Source: Octopus sinensis
Taxonomy: Eukaryota
Reading direction: 5' to 3'
NCBI RefSeq assembly: GCF_006345805.1
Contig: NW_021832429.1
Location: forward strand, 1 to 62,189
DNA: 62,189 nt
Within the stretch, counting starts at the first letter, position 1; each line of letters begins with the position of its first letter. The notes below the pieces were generated by a model that had not been told where the DNA came from, ran no database searches, and saw only the letters and a program-made list of their open reading frames with translations. Position numbers and translations under genes: made by a program. Below, in pieces: positions 13,891 to 26,337 of this stretch.

Positions 13891-14340
13891 AGGCGCGAAA
13901 GATATGCAGAGATGTTCATGGAAGATTCTGCGGGGTCTAGCACCTAACTTTGTGATTGAAAGCTATGCGAACCTCCAATCTCTAAGTTGCATCATAACAT
14001 CAAAGATCTCACTCTTCCCATCTAGTATATAGTCACATCACTGTAATAGCTTAGGATTTAAAGGCACACAGCTTTTCAAGAAATTGCCAAAAGCTTCAGA
14101 GATTTACGAAACGTAGACGTGGATCAGTTCAAAGAACCTTTAGGCAAATTTATAAAGGAGAAACCAGATAAACCCAAACCACAGCAAGAAACCCTGATGC
14201 GAGTAACTTTGTCCAACTCACTGCTACCCGCAAAGCAAAACCTGAAGTGGGCCGGGGAAATGTGTTGAAATAACTAGCAATTACACTAATGGCGTAGCCC
14301 CAGTATAACTACGGTCCCAGGCTGAAAACAGTAAAAATAA
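13891..14340 (+). mobile_element. Degenerate CR1/L2-like LINE 3' end
   Basis: Broken frame RRERYA..WKILRGLAPNF.IESY...CNSLGFKGTQLFKKLPK...DVDQFKEPL...PDKP...SNSL, followed by a 3' tail (aatggcgtagccccag...gctgaaaac) related to SINE tails in the window. Confidence 0.65.
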
Positions 14341-14589
14341 CACATACACGTTTGGTGGAGCAAACAGAAAATACAGTTTTTAGAGCGTTTATATTTTCGT
14401 ACTCGGTTGTAGTGATTGGAGGACCATACAATGTATTTATCGAAGTTTGATAAGTACAAACGATGAACCCTCCTAACCTGAAGTTACTTACGTAATTTAC
14501 GCAGGTAACGGTGATGAAAAGTCAATTAACAAACAAGTTTTGTAGCTTTTTTTTTTAAGAAAAGGTCTGTTGTTTTAACAATGGCTCCT

Positions 14590-15475
14590 GAATTAAGGTC
14601 CCTGCAACAAGTTTTGCATGAAATTTCATAAAGATCTATTCAGTACTTTTGACTTAGTTTTGGATCATAAAAAAGGACTAAAATTTGGAAATTAAGGCCC
14701 CCCATGAGAGTTTTAGAATCCTCATGAGAAGTAGAAACTTTGCGAATACTTCTTGATGTGTGTCAATAACCCGTGGTTGAAATTTCATCAACATCGAACT
14801 TTATGAATTTTCATGGGGTTTTCTATCCCATTTAAGCCATCTCAAATTCAAACCAAACATATTGCATTATACCCACCCTTATGCATTGAATCTAAGTTCC
14901 AAATATCATAAGGATCTATTCAGTAATTTTGGCTCATGAAATTATATGAAGCACACCATTACTCTTCTCCCTAGGCTTTGATCTTGTGTTCCAAATTTCA
15001 TTAGGATCGGTGCAGTAGTTTTCGAATGCATAAGTAACACACGAACACACATAAAGACAGACTGTTATATAATAGATATGAATATGTACATATATGTACA
15101 TGTATATATGTGTGTGTGTGTGTGTGAATGTATGTGTGTGTATGGGTGTATATATGTATGTATGTATATATGTGAGATAATCGTTTCACTTTAATAGTTT
15201 CTGTATTAAAGTGAAAATATCTGACATTACAATAGAGAGATACTTTTGTTTCACTTTTGACACGTAATACTGAAATAGTGGAGAAGATATGATATTGCTC
15301 TGGGCTCGCACTAGGCAAGAAGTTAAACACTACATATAACACTATAACACTACATGGACCCTAAGTAAGACATGTGTTAAATTTGAATGAAATTGGTTGT
15401 GTAGTTCTGAAGTTTTAGGGATTCACACAGACAGACAAACAGACACACATTCTCATCTATATATATATATAGATT
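14590..15475 (+). mobile_element. DINE-1/Helentron-like non-autonomous repeat(s), degenerate
   Basis: Recurrent ccaaatttcat/aaagatctattcagta modules and a 3' end acagacagacaaacagacacacattctcatctatatatatatatagatt. Confidence 0.35.
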
Positions 15476-16497
15476 ATTCCCTCCGGAATAATATCAATGT
15501 TTTCTTCGAAACATATGTCGGTAGTATAAAGATTTGAATAACATCTGCATTTAACTCCATTTCTTAATTTATCTATGTTAACCAAAAATATTTCACCAAA
15601 CCCTGGAATTTCTAACTTTATAAGTAAGGTGTAACATCCTTGGCACTTATGTGAATTTTTGCTACCCTGGTAACTATTTATTTATTTTTTCCATGTTATT
15701 TGTACACATTGAAAATACACACACACACACACACACACACACATCGTAATGTAAAGTTTTAACATATATGGTTATATGCACAATTAAAAATGTTTTGACT
15801 GATCCAGAACTGAACACGTAGATTCAAATATATATATACATATGCCAGTTAGATAAGGCACCATGGCGAAAATTGTAAATAAGTGTTATCTTTCCCAATA
15901 CATATGTGTGTGCACCTGTGTGCATAAATAACGCTATAAACACCTTTGTACTGTAGCTGTGTACGGATTCTATCTATCTATCTATCTATCTATATATGAG
16001 GCAAACAAGTCTTATTAATTTTAATACGTTTATATTTTGTTCGTATTCTTCTTATTTTAATTTCTTACATTTTCTTCGTAGTGAATACCGTCTCACCAAG
16101 CCCCCCTCCGCCCCGCAACCGATTCATCCCCCTCCACCCTCACCGCTCGTAAAACGTTGCTCCGTAGTCTACCTGTAATTGGCAAGCTCTTCGACCCATC
16201 CTCCTGCATATTTCTCGCTCTCTTTTACAATATACACGGCTCGGCTCTAACAGCGATAATTAATGCTAGAACAAGACATTTTTATGGAGGCGGAATCCGG
16301 CTGATGGCATGCATGTTTTCTGGTTTGTCTAACATTAGTGACAGTTCTCAGAACTGCATGCTACCAATGCTGTAAGGTAATATAGTCGACGTTCATCTAC
16401 AGACACATAGGCATATGTCTTAGATATCAGTAACGATTCTTCTACATTGGTGTGAAATGTTTACACACACAATTCTCTCCCCAACCCATCTCCCTTT

Positions 16498-16534
<37 letters not shown>

Positions 16535-18029
16535 TGTATGTATATATACATGAGTAGTGTTCATTTTAGATTACTTTCTTTTTTCTCATCATATTAGATG
16601 TCGAGGAATTCATAAAATTTCAACCCACACTCGCCATAGTATATCTATCTATCTATCCATCCATTTGAATTTCTGCCTGTCTATCTCTCTACTCTCTCTT
16701 TCTCTGTATGCGTGTATATATATATATATAACATGTAGGCAAATACATATATGTATGCGTGTGTGTTCGCCTTCTTGCTAAATCCATAATAAGAACTTAA
16801 GTTTAAATTGTATGATTACTCAAGACTTTTCTGTACAGAACATATTCATTCAATTTTTACCAGGAGAAGATTGGCGGTGACTTCCAAGTCCCGCTTTCTT
16901 CGCCTATATAAATATATTCTTACGAGCTACAAAGGGAAAAGGAGGAATCCATACATGTAGAATATAAATTTTTAAAACAGGTCTGTCATTCCATCTGAGT
17001 TATTCTCGCAATGCAATCTTTCAAACGACATCGTCATTTCATTGTCAACTGAAAGATCGCACGAAGCAAGGAAGTTGAGTAGTGCAAAATGATGGTGCGA
17101 GTTATCAGCTTCCAACGTGTGTGTTGTTGTTGTTGTTAAGCAACAAGACGGGTAAGGGTGATTAGGTGATGGTCTAGGGCTTAGGGGCGGGAGACCCCAG
17201 ACCTTGGAAGAAAAAAAAAACTTTGGTCGTCTTGTTGTAGTCGAGGGCTTTTCGTTGACGCCCGACACCACTGGAAGGTGGCTGTCGAAGTCGCTGGAAA
17301 TGGAGATCTCCAGGTCCAAATTCTTGGACGGCAATGTGTGTGTGTTTGTGTGTGTGATTGGCTGGTAAAACTTCTGAAAGAAATAAACCCACTCAGTATA
17401 TAGAGTGTATAGTTTATTCGTTTGCTCAGAGCTGAGGAGTTTATCCGTTTCTAAATTCTAATTTTCGGTATCTATTCGCCATTTCTTCATTTCCAGCGCT
17501 TATCAGCAATTTCTATTGATCACGAATCCTTCGCAAAAACATAAAAACTTGGGAGACAAATTTTATCTTGGATTTGAATTGAGAACGGGAAGAGAAATAG
17601 TGATATGTCACTAATGCATTTAGGTCATGTGTCTAGCATTTCACAACACTTGACTTGTTATTCATAACCTCATATAAACACCTGACAACTATGGGTAGAG
17701 AAATAGAAAGACATGATTGTCAGTTGTTTTAGTTTTTTACATAATGTAACAGCATCATAAAAGAAATAATTCCTGCAGGCGATTGATATCGAACTTAGTT
17801 CAGTTGGTTAATTATCTCAACGTGCATCTTTTAAAAATATTAAAATTAACTCAAAGAACTACTTTTAATACGCCCACCCCTATGTCATTCATGTACATCT
17901 CAAAGTCAGAGCGAATCTATGTCCCCGAGGTCATAGTGATTTGACGTGTGCATGTTACGGCTGTCAATTGTTTCGTTCGATTTTGCTACTTAAACTTCGT
18001 ATCTTCAAACACGAAACTTAGTTAGTATA

Positions 18030-18524
18030 CAGTATTCCCTCGTCATATCGCGGTGCACCTATCACGCACTCAGTACATCGCAGAGTTTTCTGGCTAATAT
18101 ACGTAAATTTATATCGTGGACTACTCAGTATATCGCGGGTTTCTGCGGCCGATAGGTATTTATATTTTTTTAGATTTTAATTATTTCTGTGGTAAAATAA
18201 GCATTTTCGCGTCTAAAAATTAATAAATAAATAAAAATAGAGTGCCGTACTGCACTGTATAACACATTAATTAAAATATATTAAAAGAAAATACATAGTA
18301 TACCGTAGATGAATAAACAAAGAATCGCAACATACTGTATGGAAAACTGGACTCGGGTGGTGAGTGATAGGATTTGTTTATCATTTATAATAAAATAAAT
18401 ATATACAAATTATAGAAATAAAAAATATATATATATACAGTACAGTATTGTTTCTACTTCGCGGATTTTCACCTATCGCGGAGGGTTTGGGAACGTAACA
18501 CCCGCGATAGTCGAGGAATTACTG
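18030..18524. mobile_element. Tc1/mariner (pogo/Tigger-like) MITE
   Basis: TA-flanked imperfect TIRs cagtattccctcgtcatatcgcgg ... ccgcgatagtcgaggaattactg; no ORF. Confidence 0.8.
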
Positions 18525-19749
18525 TAACGGTAACTAAGTGTTTGTACAACAATAACTAAATGTGAGTGCTTTTTAAAACGAAACAATTTCTGTAAAGTCT
18601 ATGAGCAGAAGCAAAATCGAATTGTGTCTTGCTCACAGACATTTCATCTCCTGTAGTGAATAAGAAGTCACGAAATACGAGTGGACAGTTAACTGTCTAT
18701 TTTGCCAAAAAGAGCATCATCAGATCGCAGAAACATTTCCATAAAGTCCTTCAGAAAGAAAAGTAAAACAATCCCAGAAATTTGAGTTTGTTTCTGTGAT
18801 CAAGAAACAAAATACAGATGATGTGAATTGTAATATCAAACGCTTGTGGATATGTCGCTAACCTCATTCATTTTGAAACTCAGATCAACATAACGATAGG
18901 TGAATGAGTAATGAGAGAGAGTGTGAAGATGAATGATTGATATTTGTTAATTAGAAACAAAGTTTCGAGTTTCAGTTTTAGACGCCATGTTGCCAATGGC
19001 CCAGTCGATCTTTACTATTCATTGGTACTTCTTGACAAGCAAAGAGCGTTATGAAATTGATTGATGCATTGAGCTCAATTTTTATAAAATTATTGTGAAA
19101 CTAGCAAGAGGTATTACAGGTAACCAAGAGATCTCATTTTATCTACCCAAATAATACTGTGGCGAAGTTTGGGGCTTTTCGGTTCCATAGGACATGAAGA
19201 TGGATGACGCTTCACACAGAATATGTACAGAACCAGATTATTCTAACCTGTGTCCAACAGTAGTACTATGTATCTCGACCCGAGCTCTCATATTTGTACA
19301 CAAGAGACATAATCAATTCAATCAATCTTAAAACATAGGTGGTAGTTAGTATCTGAGCCCTTCATTGGTTGAAAGTCAAAATCAACCATTGTGAGATTTG
19401 AAGCCATAGCGTAAAGACACATGGAGCTAAATGTTGCATGACATTTAGTCCAACCCCCCACCACCACTTCTATCATTTTTACGACCCACCCCCTGCCTCT
19501 CTAATGCTTAATGATACAAATTCATTAATTTATAGATTCGGATTTTTGGTAGGTTCTACAGATAGTTGTTAGAATGACTCTAGTATGAAATTATGGAATA
19601 CCCATCATTCTTTCATTGCTGAATATTTCACCAAAAGCTAGTCTCAGTTCAAAAGCGTGGGCTTCTTTTTTTTGTTTTTTTTTTGTTTTTAGTAATTAGA
19701 GATTTTTTCACCCATCGCTGTTTCAGTTTACCAATTCTCATAGACGAAA

Positions 19750-20300
19750 AATATATATATATATATATGTATATGTATATACACACATATATATATATAT
19801 ATATACATATGTATATACATGTATATACACACATATATATATATACATATGTATATACACACACACATATATATATACATATGTATATACACACACACAT
19901 ATATATATACATATGTATATACACACATATATATACATATGTATATATACACACATATATATACATATGTATATACACATATATATACATACATATGTAT
20001 ATACACATATATATATACATATGCATATACACATATATATATACATATGCATACACACACATATATATATATACTTATGTATCCACACATACATACACAC
20101 ATGTATATACACACATACATACACACATATAAATACATACATACATACATATATATACATACATACATATATATACATACATACACATACATACATACAT
20201 ACATACACACATACATACATACATACATACATACACACATACATACATACATACATACACACACATACATACATATATACGTATATATGTGCATACATAC
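19750..20300. repeat. (TA)/(CA)/(CATA)n compound microsatellite
   Basis: Direct inspection. Confidence 0.95.
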
Positions 20301-21589
20301 ACACACGGACATACGAGTCAAACACGACACAAAGCAACTAGATCCGATATTCCATCGCTGACTCACTATCATTTCTAAGGTTACTACGCACTTGTGTGCG
20401 AATGTATGTTATGTCTATGAAAACTACATGTGTTGACGAAATGGATGATTGGATGAATGGGTGTGTATATGCTGTGTCAGTTTAACAAGCAAACTTCATA
20501 TTTCTCTTTGACATTTCAAAGTGTAGCTATTATTAAAGAAGAAAAAAAAAACACACACACACAAAAAAAAACCCCCACCAAACAACAGCAACAAAAAAAA
20601 ACTCAAAAACCCGGTGACTGTCAGTAATATTTGTAAATAACATTTCCCGCATGAAATACGAGTAGGGCTTTAATAATGCAAGTAATAAAAGCAAAAAAAA
20701 AAAGAGTAAGAAAAACCAAAAAAAAAACCAAAAAAAAAAACAAGCCAAATATAAGGACATAGATAAAAAACCCCAGTCGTGAAGGTTTCTGATATAGATT
20801 GATATTGAGATTTGATAAAAACTCCTGTCTTTTGTGAAGAGCTTCATTCAGACCGTTGGAGTTTTTTTTTTTTTTGGATAATTATTATTTTTTTCGATAA
20901 TTATTTTCAAAAAGGTTTAAAACTTATTATGGTCATATAGTATATTAAAGAACTGCTGTGAGTGAGAATGGAAAATGTAATAACCATGTGGTTAATTTGC
21001 TCACGCTATCCCGGATATTATGCTATTCAGCTTTGCAGGATCTTTTCGGTTTGGACGGCAGTTTTTAACATAATTTCTAGGCAACTAAAAAATTTTAAAC
21101 TTCGTATACTGGTAGAATGTGTTTATAAAACATCATTTTCTCTTGGCTTTATTGAGAAAATTCTATAGTTTGTAAGATATTTGTTGTTTTGTTTTTTTCT
21201 TCAATTTTTGCAATTTCAACCAATCAATTACGTCTATTGGAGTAAAAAACACTCTGTGCCGTATGAATATGTCCCTCGTTTAAGAAACAGATTGGATTTA
21301 TTTACATTTGTGAAGAAAAAAAAGATACCCTTCCCCCTAACCCTAACTCTAATCCTAACCCTAAAATAGGTTGAAATGCAATAGATCGATACTAGGGTCA
21401 TAATTATGGGTGACAATTTCATATGACACCGCTAGAAAAAACTGCAGTTCAAACCGAACAGATCCGCTTTGCATAAAAATATTGAATTAATTCCCGTATG
21501 AATAAAATTGATTCGTCGTTCTAATTATAATTTGGAGCCCCATTTGTAAATGTACCGAAAAGTCGTATTAAGACAAGAAAATGGATGAA

Positions 21590-22320
21590 TGGAAGCACTC
21601 CGTCGGTTACGACGACGAGGGTTCCGGTTGATCCGATCAACGGAACAGCCTGCTCGTGAAATTAACGTGTAAGTGGCTGAGCACTCCACAGACACGTGTA
21701 CCCTTAACGTAGTTCTCGGGGATATTCAGCGTGACACAGAGAGTGACAAGGCCGGCCCTTTGAAATACAGGTACAACAGAAACAGGAAGTAAGAGTGAGA
21801 GAAAGTTGTGGTGAAAGAGTACAGCAGTGATCACCACCATGGTGATCTCATTCTCGCCCACATCATAAGCGGGAAGTGTAACCTCTCGAAAGAGCTGTTC
21901 TTCACTCCTGCTCCGGAGCGTCGGCTGCGGGGTCATTCCGAAAAGCTCTACCTGCGACGATTTCATCTCAATCGAAGGAGAGGAGCTTTCTCCGTCCGGG
22001 TTGCGGATCCGTGGAACAAGCTGCCAGACGAGATGGTGAAGATGCCGACGACCGCTTTGTTCAAAGCCTCCCTGGACCTCAAGTGGCCAGAACTCTTTAC
22101 ATGAACACCACCCTGTACTTAACTCCATGTCCCCCTACATGGCCTTGCTATTTGCTTTTGAGCCAAATTAACTAACTAACTAACTAATCCCTGCCGGAAC
22201 CTCGTGGAGCTTTTAGGTGTTTTCGCTCAATAAACACTCACAACGCCCGGTTTGGGAATCGAAACCACGATCCTACGACCGCGAGTCCGCTGCCCTAACC
22301 ACTGGGCCATTGCGCCTCCA
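21590..22320 (-). mobile_element. SINE family B copy interrupted by CR1-like fragment
   Basis: Colinear with the intact copy 34250-34644 apart from the insertion at 21841-22186. Confidence 0.85.
21841..22186 (+). mobile_element. 5'-truncated CR1/L2-like LINE 3' fragment nested inside a SINE
   Basis: GDLILAHIISGKCNLSKELFF...LRGHSEKLY...RRGAFSVRVADPWNKLPDEMV..F KASLD pattern ending at a stop, then a (TAAC)n tail. The SINE sequence resumes on both sides. Confidence 0.85.
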
Positions 22321-22398
22321 CAAGACAAGAAAATAAGGTAATATATAATGAAGATGAACGGAGGAAATTTCTTAGTAATTAATATTAAAGGAACTTAC

Positions 22399-23166
22399 CT
22401 TGACCAAATGCAATATGTATATCGACATCCTTCACGTGACTGGTAATATCCTCCACAAAGTTTAAGGGAATCACTTCGTTCCACATCCGGAAGGCGAGTG
22501 TAAGAGTAGCTCTCTGCTCTTCCACGGGGATGCGGTTGCTGTATCCCGAATCTAACAAACGCCAGCGTATCAATTTCTTTTTAAACATTTGTCCCCAGCC
22601 GTTCGCCTTGTTCACTACGGGCGAGCGGCGTTTGCGTTGATGCACCGGCGGCGAGTCGTTGTACGTAAGAGGATCTGTCTCTTTCAAACGGCGCGCCGTC
22701 TCCCGCAGATAATTTTGCCGCGTACGATGCTGCAGCTCTTTCGGGCGAAGTCCGAATCTGATGACCGACAGCAGATAGGAAATCGTATGCGGTTGGTTCC
22801 ACCACCTGGAATGAGGCGCCGACGTTTGCGGGGGTTGCGGACGCTCTGTCCACTGGATGATATTTGGTTTTATCGTGAAAGAGAACGGTGAATAAGTCAC
22901 TGTTGGCAACTTCGGCGACGAGTGTGTCGCCGTTTCTGATTGACTGAGCAATTTGATAAAGAGTTTCTTTAGGTGAATTACATTATATTCGCCATCTTTT
23001 AAATAGTTGATGTCATTTTGGTTAGTATAATATGAGGTTAATTCTTCAAGTTTTGAAATGGCTCCCAACTTTATTATCCCAGCTGGAACGGTTTCGGTGT
23101 AACGTAAAGGTACAGAAGACCTTAAGTTTCGGTTATTATTATTATTATTATCATTATTATTATTAT

Positions 23167-23197
<31 letters not shown>

Positions 23198-23756
23198 ATA
23201 ATTATAATTATTATTGTTAATGTCACTGTCTGAGTGTATGACGTCATTTACGTCTTGGTCGTTTGTACCCAAAACTGGTGTCGCTAATGTAGCGATTGCG
23301 GGTCTTCTGTCTTCGTCGTCTGTCGTTATGGTTGTTGCCGTCGTTGTCTTCGTCGTCGTCGTCGTCGTCGCCGATTCTGACTGAGTCGTTTCTTTACCTG
23401 TGGCCACAGTGGCCGTCGTCGAAAGAGCTGTGTCGGATGTGAGGTGAGGAGGCACCGATGTGAAAGCCAGTTTTTCACGTGTTGAAGATGAATGTGGCGG
23501 TGTGATTGGTGACGATGACGATGATGATGATGACGTATCAATTGATGATGATGATGATGATGATGGAGCAAAAGTTCTTATATATGACGATGATGATTCT
23601 GAGGATGAAGATGATGATGATGATGATGATGATGTCGATGATGATGAATGCAATGGCGGCAAGGAAGAGCCTAATCTCGACCCTACGGGTTCTTGTTCAG
23701 GGTTCGATGTCAGCTCTGTCTCGCCCTTGACATGATCTTTCTCGTTATAATTACCA

Positions 23757-23787
<31 letters not shown>

Positions 23788-24095
23788 TATTATTATTATT
23801 ATTATTGGTTATTGACTTATCAGAGTAATTGCTATTGCTATCCCTACTGTTCCTCTTACTACCACCACCACTACCACCACCACTACTAACACCACCACCA
23901 CTACCACTACTACTACTACCACCTACAACAATCGGGCTGGTACTTTCCTTCTGTCTTTGACTGTAGCTTCTAGTCAGCGTACCTCTTCGCAACGGTCTCG
24001 TTCGAACCGTTTTTGTCGTATAAACACCTGTTTCGAAGTCCAGCCCGTTTGCAACATCTCTATTACCCTTAATACTGCTGCTGCTACTGCTACTG

Positions 24096-24131
<36 letters not shown>

Positions 24132-26195
24132 ACAGTGTTGCTGTTGTTTACTTTGGCGTCGTTAATAGCGGTGCACTTACATAAGTTACTGCTATTACTT
24201 GCTCTAACTCTCTCGCTACTACTACTACTACTACTACTACTACTTACTACTGCTGCTGCTGCTGCTAAGGTTACAGTTACAATTGTTGTTGCTAGTGCTT
24301 GGGTTACTATTACATCTCTCCTTACCATTACAAACGTGTTCGAAAATCTCATCTGTATTAGACTTACTACTACTACTACTACTATTATTACTACTGCTGC
24401 TCCTACTATCCAACTGAAATTCTTCTTTAAAAGTAGTAGCATTAGTAGCGGCTGTAGTAAGAATTGTAGCAATGGTGGCTGTATCGTTGTTGTAGTTATT
24501 ACTGGTATTGCTATGGTTTATATTTTTGTTTTGTTGGTGGTTGGTGTGTGTGTTGTTGCTGTTGTTGTTATTGTTATTATTATTATTATTGTTATTTACA
24601 ATGTGTGTGGCACTATTGAAGTTGATCACACTACGCTTGCTAATTTGGTCACCATCGGTTGAACCGTGGACAGCAGGACCACTGCTGTCGTCCGGGTTCG
24701 TCCGAAATTCAGATGACGATGGAGAAGAAGAAGAAGAAGAAGAAGAAGAAGAAGAAGAAGAAGAAGAAGAAGAAGAAGAAGACACTGCCGTAAAAGTTGG
24801 TGAAAGGGATGACCACGACGACGAAGACACATACGCTGTAGACGACGATGATGATGGTGATGGTGATGAAGATGACAATGATGATGATGATGATGACGAT
24901 GACGACGACGACGACGACAATGTTTGAGAAGCGAACGAGTGAAAATATGGCCGCTGCTCTTGTCTACCTTCACTGCCTTTGCGTTCAACTTCACCATTCG
25001 AAACCGCTTCCTCCAGCCAAGACTCGTTCCATGGCTGCTCGTCACTCAACGTCCGTACATGGTCATCAGAATATTCCAGCCATGTATTGCTACTTGTTGA
25101 TATTGATTTTGTTGTTGTTGTTGGTGGTGGTGTTGGTGTTGCTGTTGTTTTTAATTTCTGTTTTGTTTGTGAGTTTTGAAACTGTACAAATTTACGTGCA
25201 TTATTATTATTATTATTATTATTTATAGTTGTTGTGGTTGTTACATTAGAAGTATGAGTAGATGTGTTAGAAATTGGTTTGGGTGTTTGTGATGACTGCG
25301 ATGATGTTGATGTTGTGTTTTCTGAGCTAATTGTGTTTAACCTTGACGGCGCTAAGACTTTTGCCGTGTGGTGTCCTGCAGTTTTACTAGTCCGTACTCC
25401 ACCTTCTGATACTGTTTCTTTCGCCGCTGTGGTTTTAGACGATGGTGTATCTGATTCAGCAATAACATCATTTAATAATATCTCACGGGCTAATAACGTG
25501 TCATTAGCGATCGCTTTGGTATTATTTGATACCGTACTGTTACTGTGTTCAGTCAGGGATACGATCGAATAACCATTTGCCGTATTCCGTTTCCAGCGAC
25601 CTCTAGTGGCTCGAAATTTAGAGAAAGTCGCCACCAAGAGAGAAGCCAGCTTGGAAGTCAAAGGTAAATTAGAAGAAAGCAATGGGGATAAATTTGACGA
25701 GACAGATCGTTTGTCTCTCGCTAAAAACTTCTCCCCCTTGGTGGTGGTCGTTTTGATTTTTGAACGGGGTCTGTGAAATGCTTCCCGCTTCGAGCGTTTT
25801 CTTAGCGAGTTCATATTTTTTTTACTGTGTCGTTTGTTATCTAGTCGTCGATTGACCCTGTTTCCTCGGCCATGTCTCGGCTCCGGACGACGAATGTGCT
25901 TCCTTTTTGAATTTATGTGTTCATCCCTATACACGCCATCATCTTTGTCTTTATTACCACAACGAGAAGCAGACATCAGTTCCTTGGTCTCCTGGTTCAA
26001 CTTACCTGTCACGGACAAGTGATAACTTTTCTGGTACTGGGTGATTGCCCACATAACCTTGGTTTTATCACAATTATATAATATCTGTTGATGCTGTACA
26101 CTGCCTGGCCGACCATGCTGTCTGTTTGAGCGTGAACGGTACGGAGAATGTTTATGTTGCTTGCATTTTAGATATCCGTACCGCATCATATATGC
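22399..26195 (-). CDS. MMP21: Giant internal exon of an MMP21-like matrix metalloproteinase (pro-domain + ~1,100-aa low-complexity insert + N-terminal part of catalytic domain); one 1-bp frameshift at ~24244
   Basis: Acceptor ttttatttgcAG|GCATAT at 26196/26195 (phase 0) and donor CAAG|GTAAGT at 22399/22398 (phase 1). N-part AYMMRYGY...AITQYQKSYHLSVTGKLNQETKELMSASRCGNKD is an MMP pro-domain with cysteine switch. C-part RKRRS...FKKKLIRWRLLDSGYSNRIPVEEQRATLTLAFRMWNEVIPLNFVEDITSHVKDVDIHIAFGQG closely matches the MMP21 catalytic N-terminus as recalled (FSKRTLSWRLL..LAFRMWSEVTPLDF.E...VDIKLGFG.G). Removing one T from the (TAC)n tract gives 3796 nt = 1265 codons + 1, matching both splice phases. Confidence 0.85.
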
Positions 26196-26337
26196 CTGCA
26201 AATAAAACAAATGCTATTTAAATAACGACGAAGGAAATGTACATTATTGCGACGAAAATAGATAAATATCACAGATTAAATAAATAATGTTTCTCAACAT
26301 GATACAAAGAACTCGTAATATAATATGTGTGTGTGTA

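Noticed and set aside
17174-17392. QEFGPGDLHF peptide resembling MMP21 QEFAHAW..GDIHF in a phase-compatible frame
   Set aside because: Lacks the GC..FDG and AHA residues and DDDE; codon bias favours another frame; treated as chance similarity.
21335-21364. Telomere-like (CCCTAA)n
   Set aside because: Only five degenerate units inside a dispersed repeat; not a telomere or fusion site.
24135-25572. Plus-strand ORFs (poly-E, poly-D, poly-L) overlapping the MMP exon
   Set aside because: Antisense shadows of the poly-Ser/Thr/Asn codon repeats; no independent evidence.
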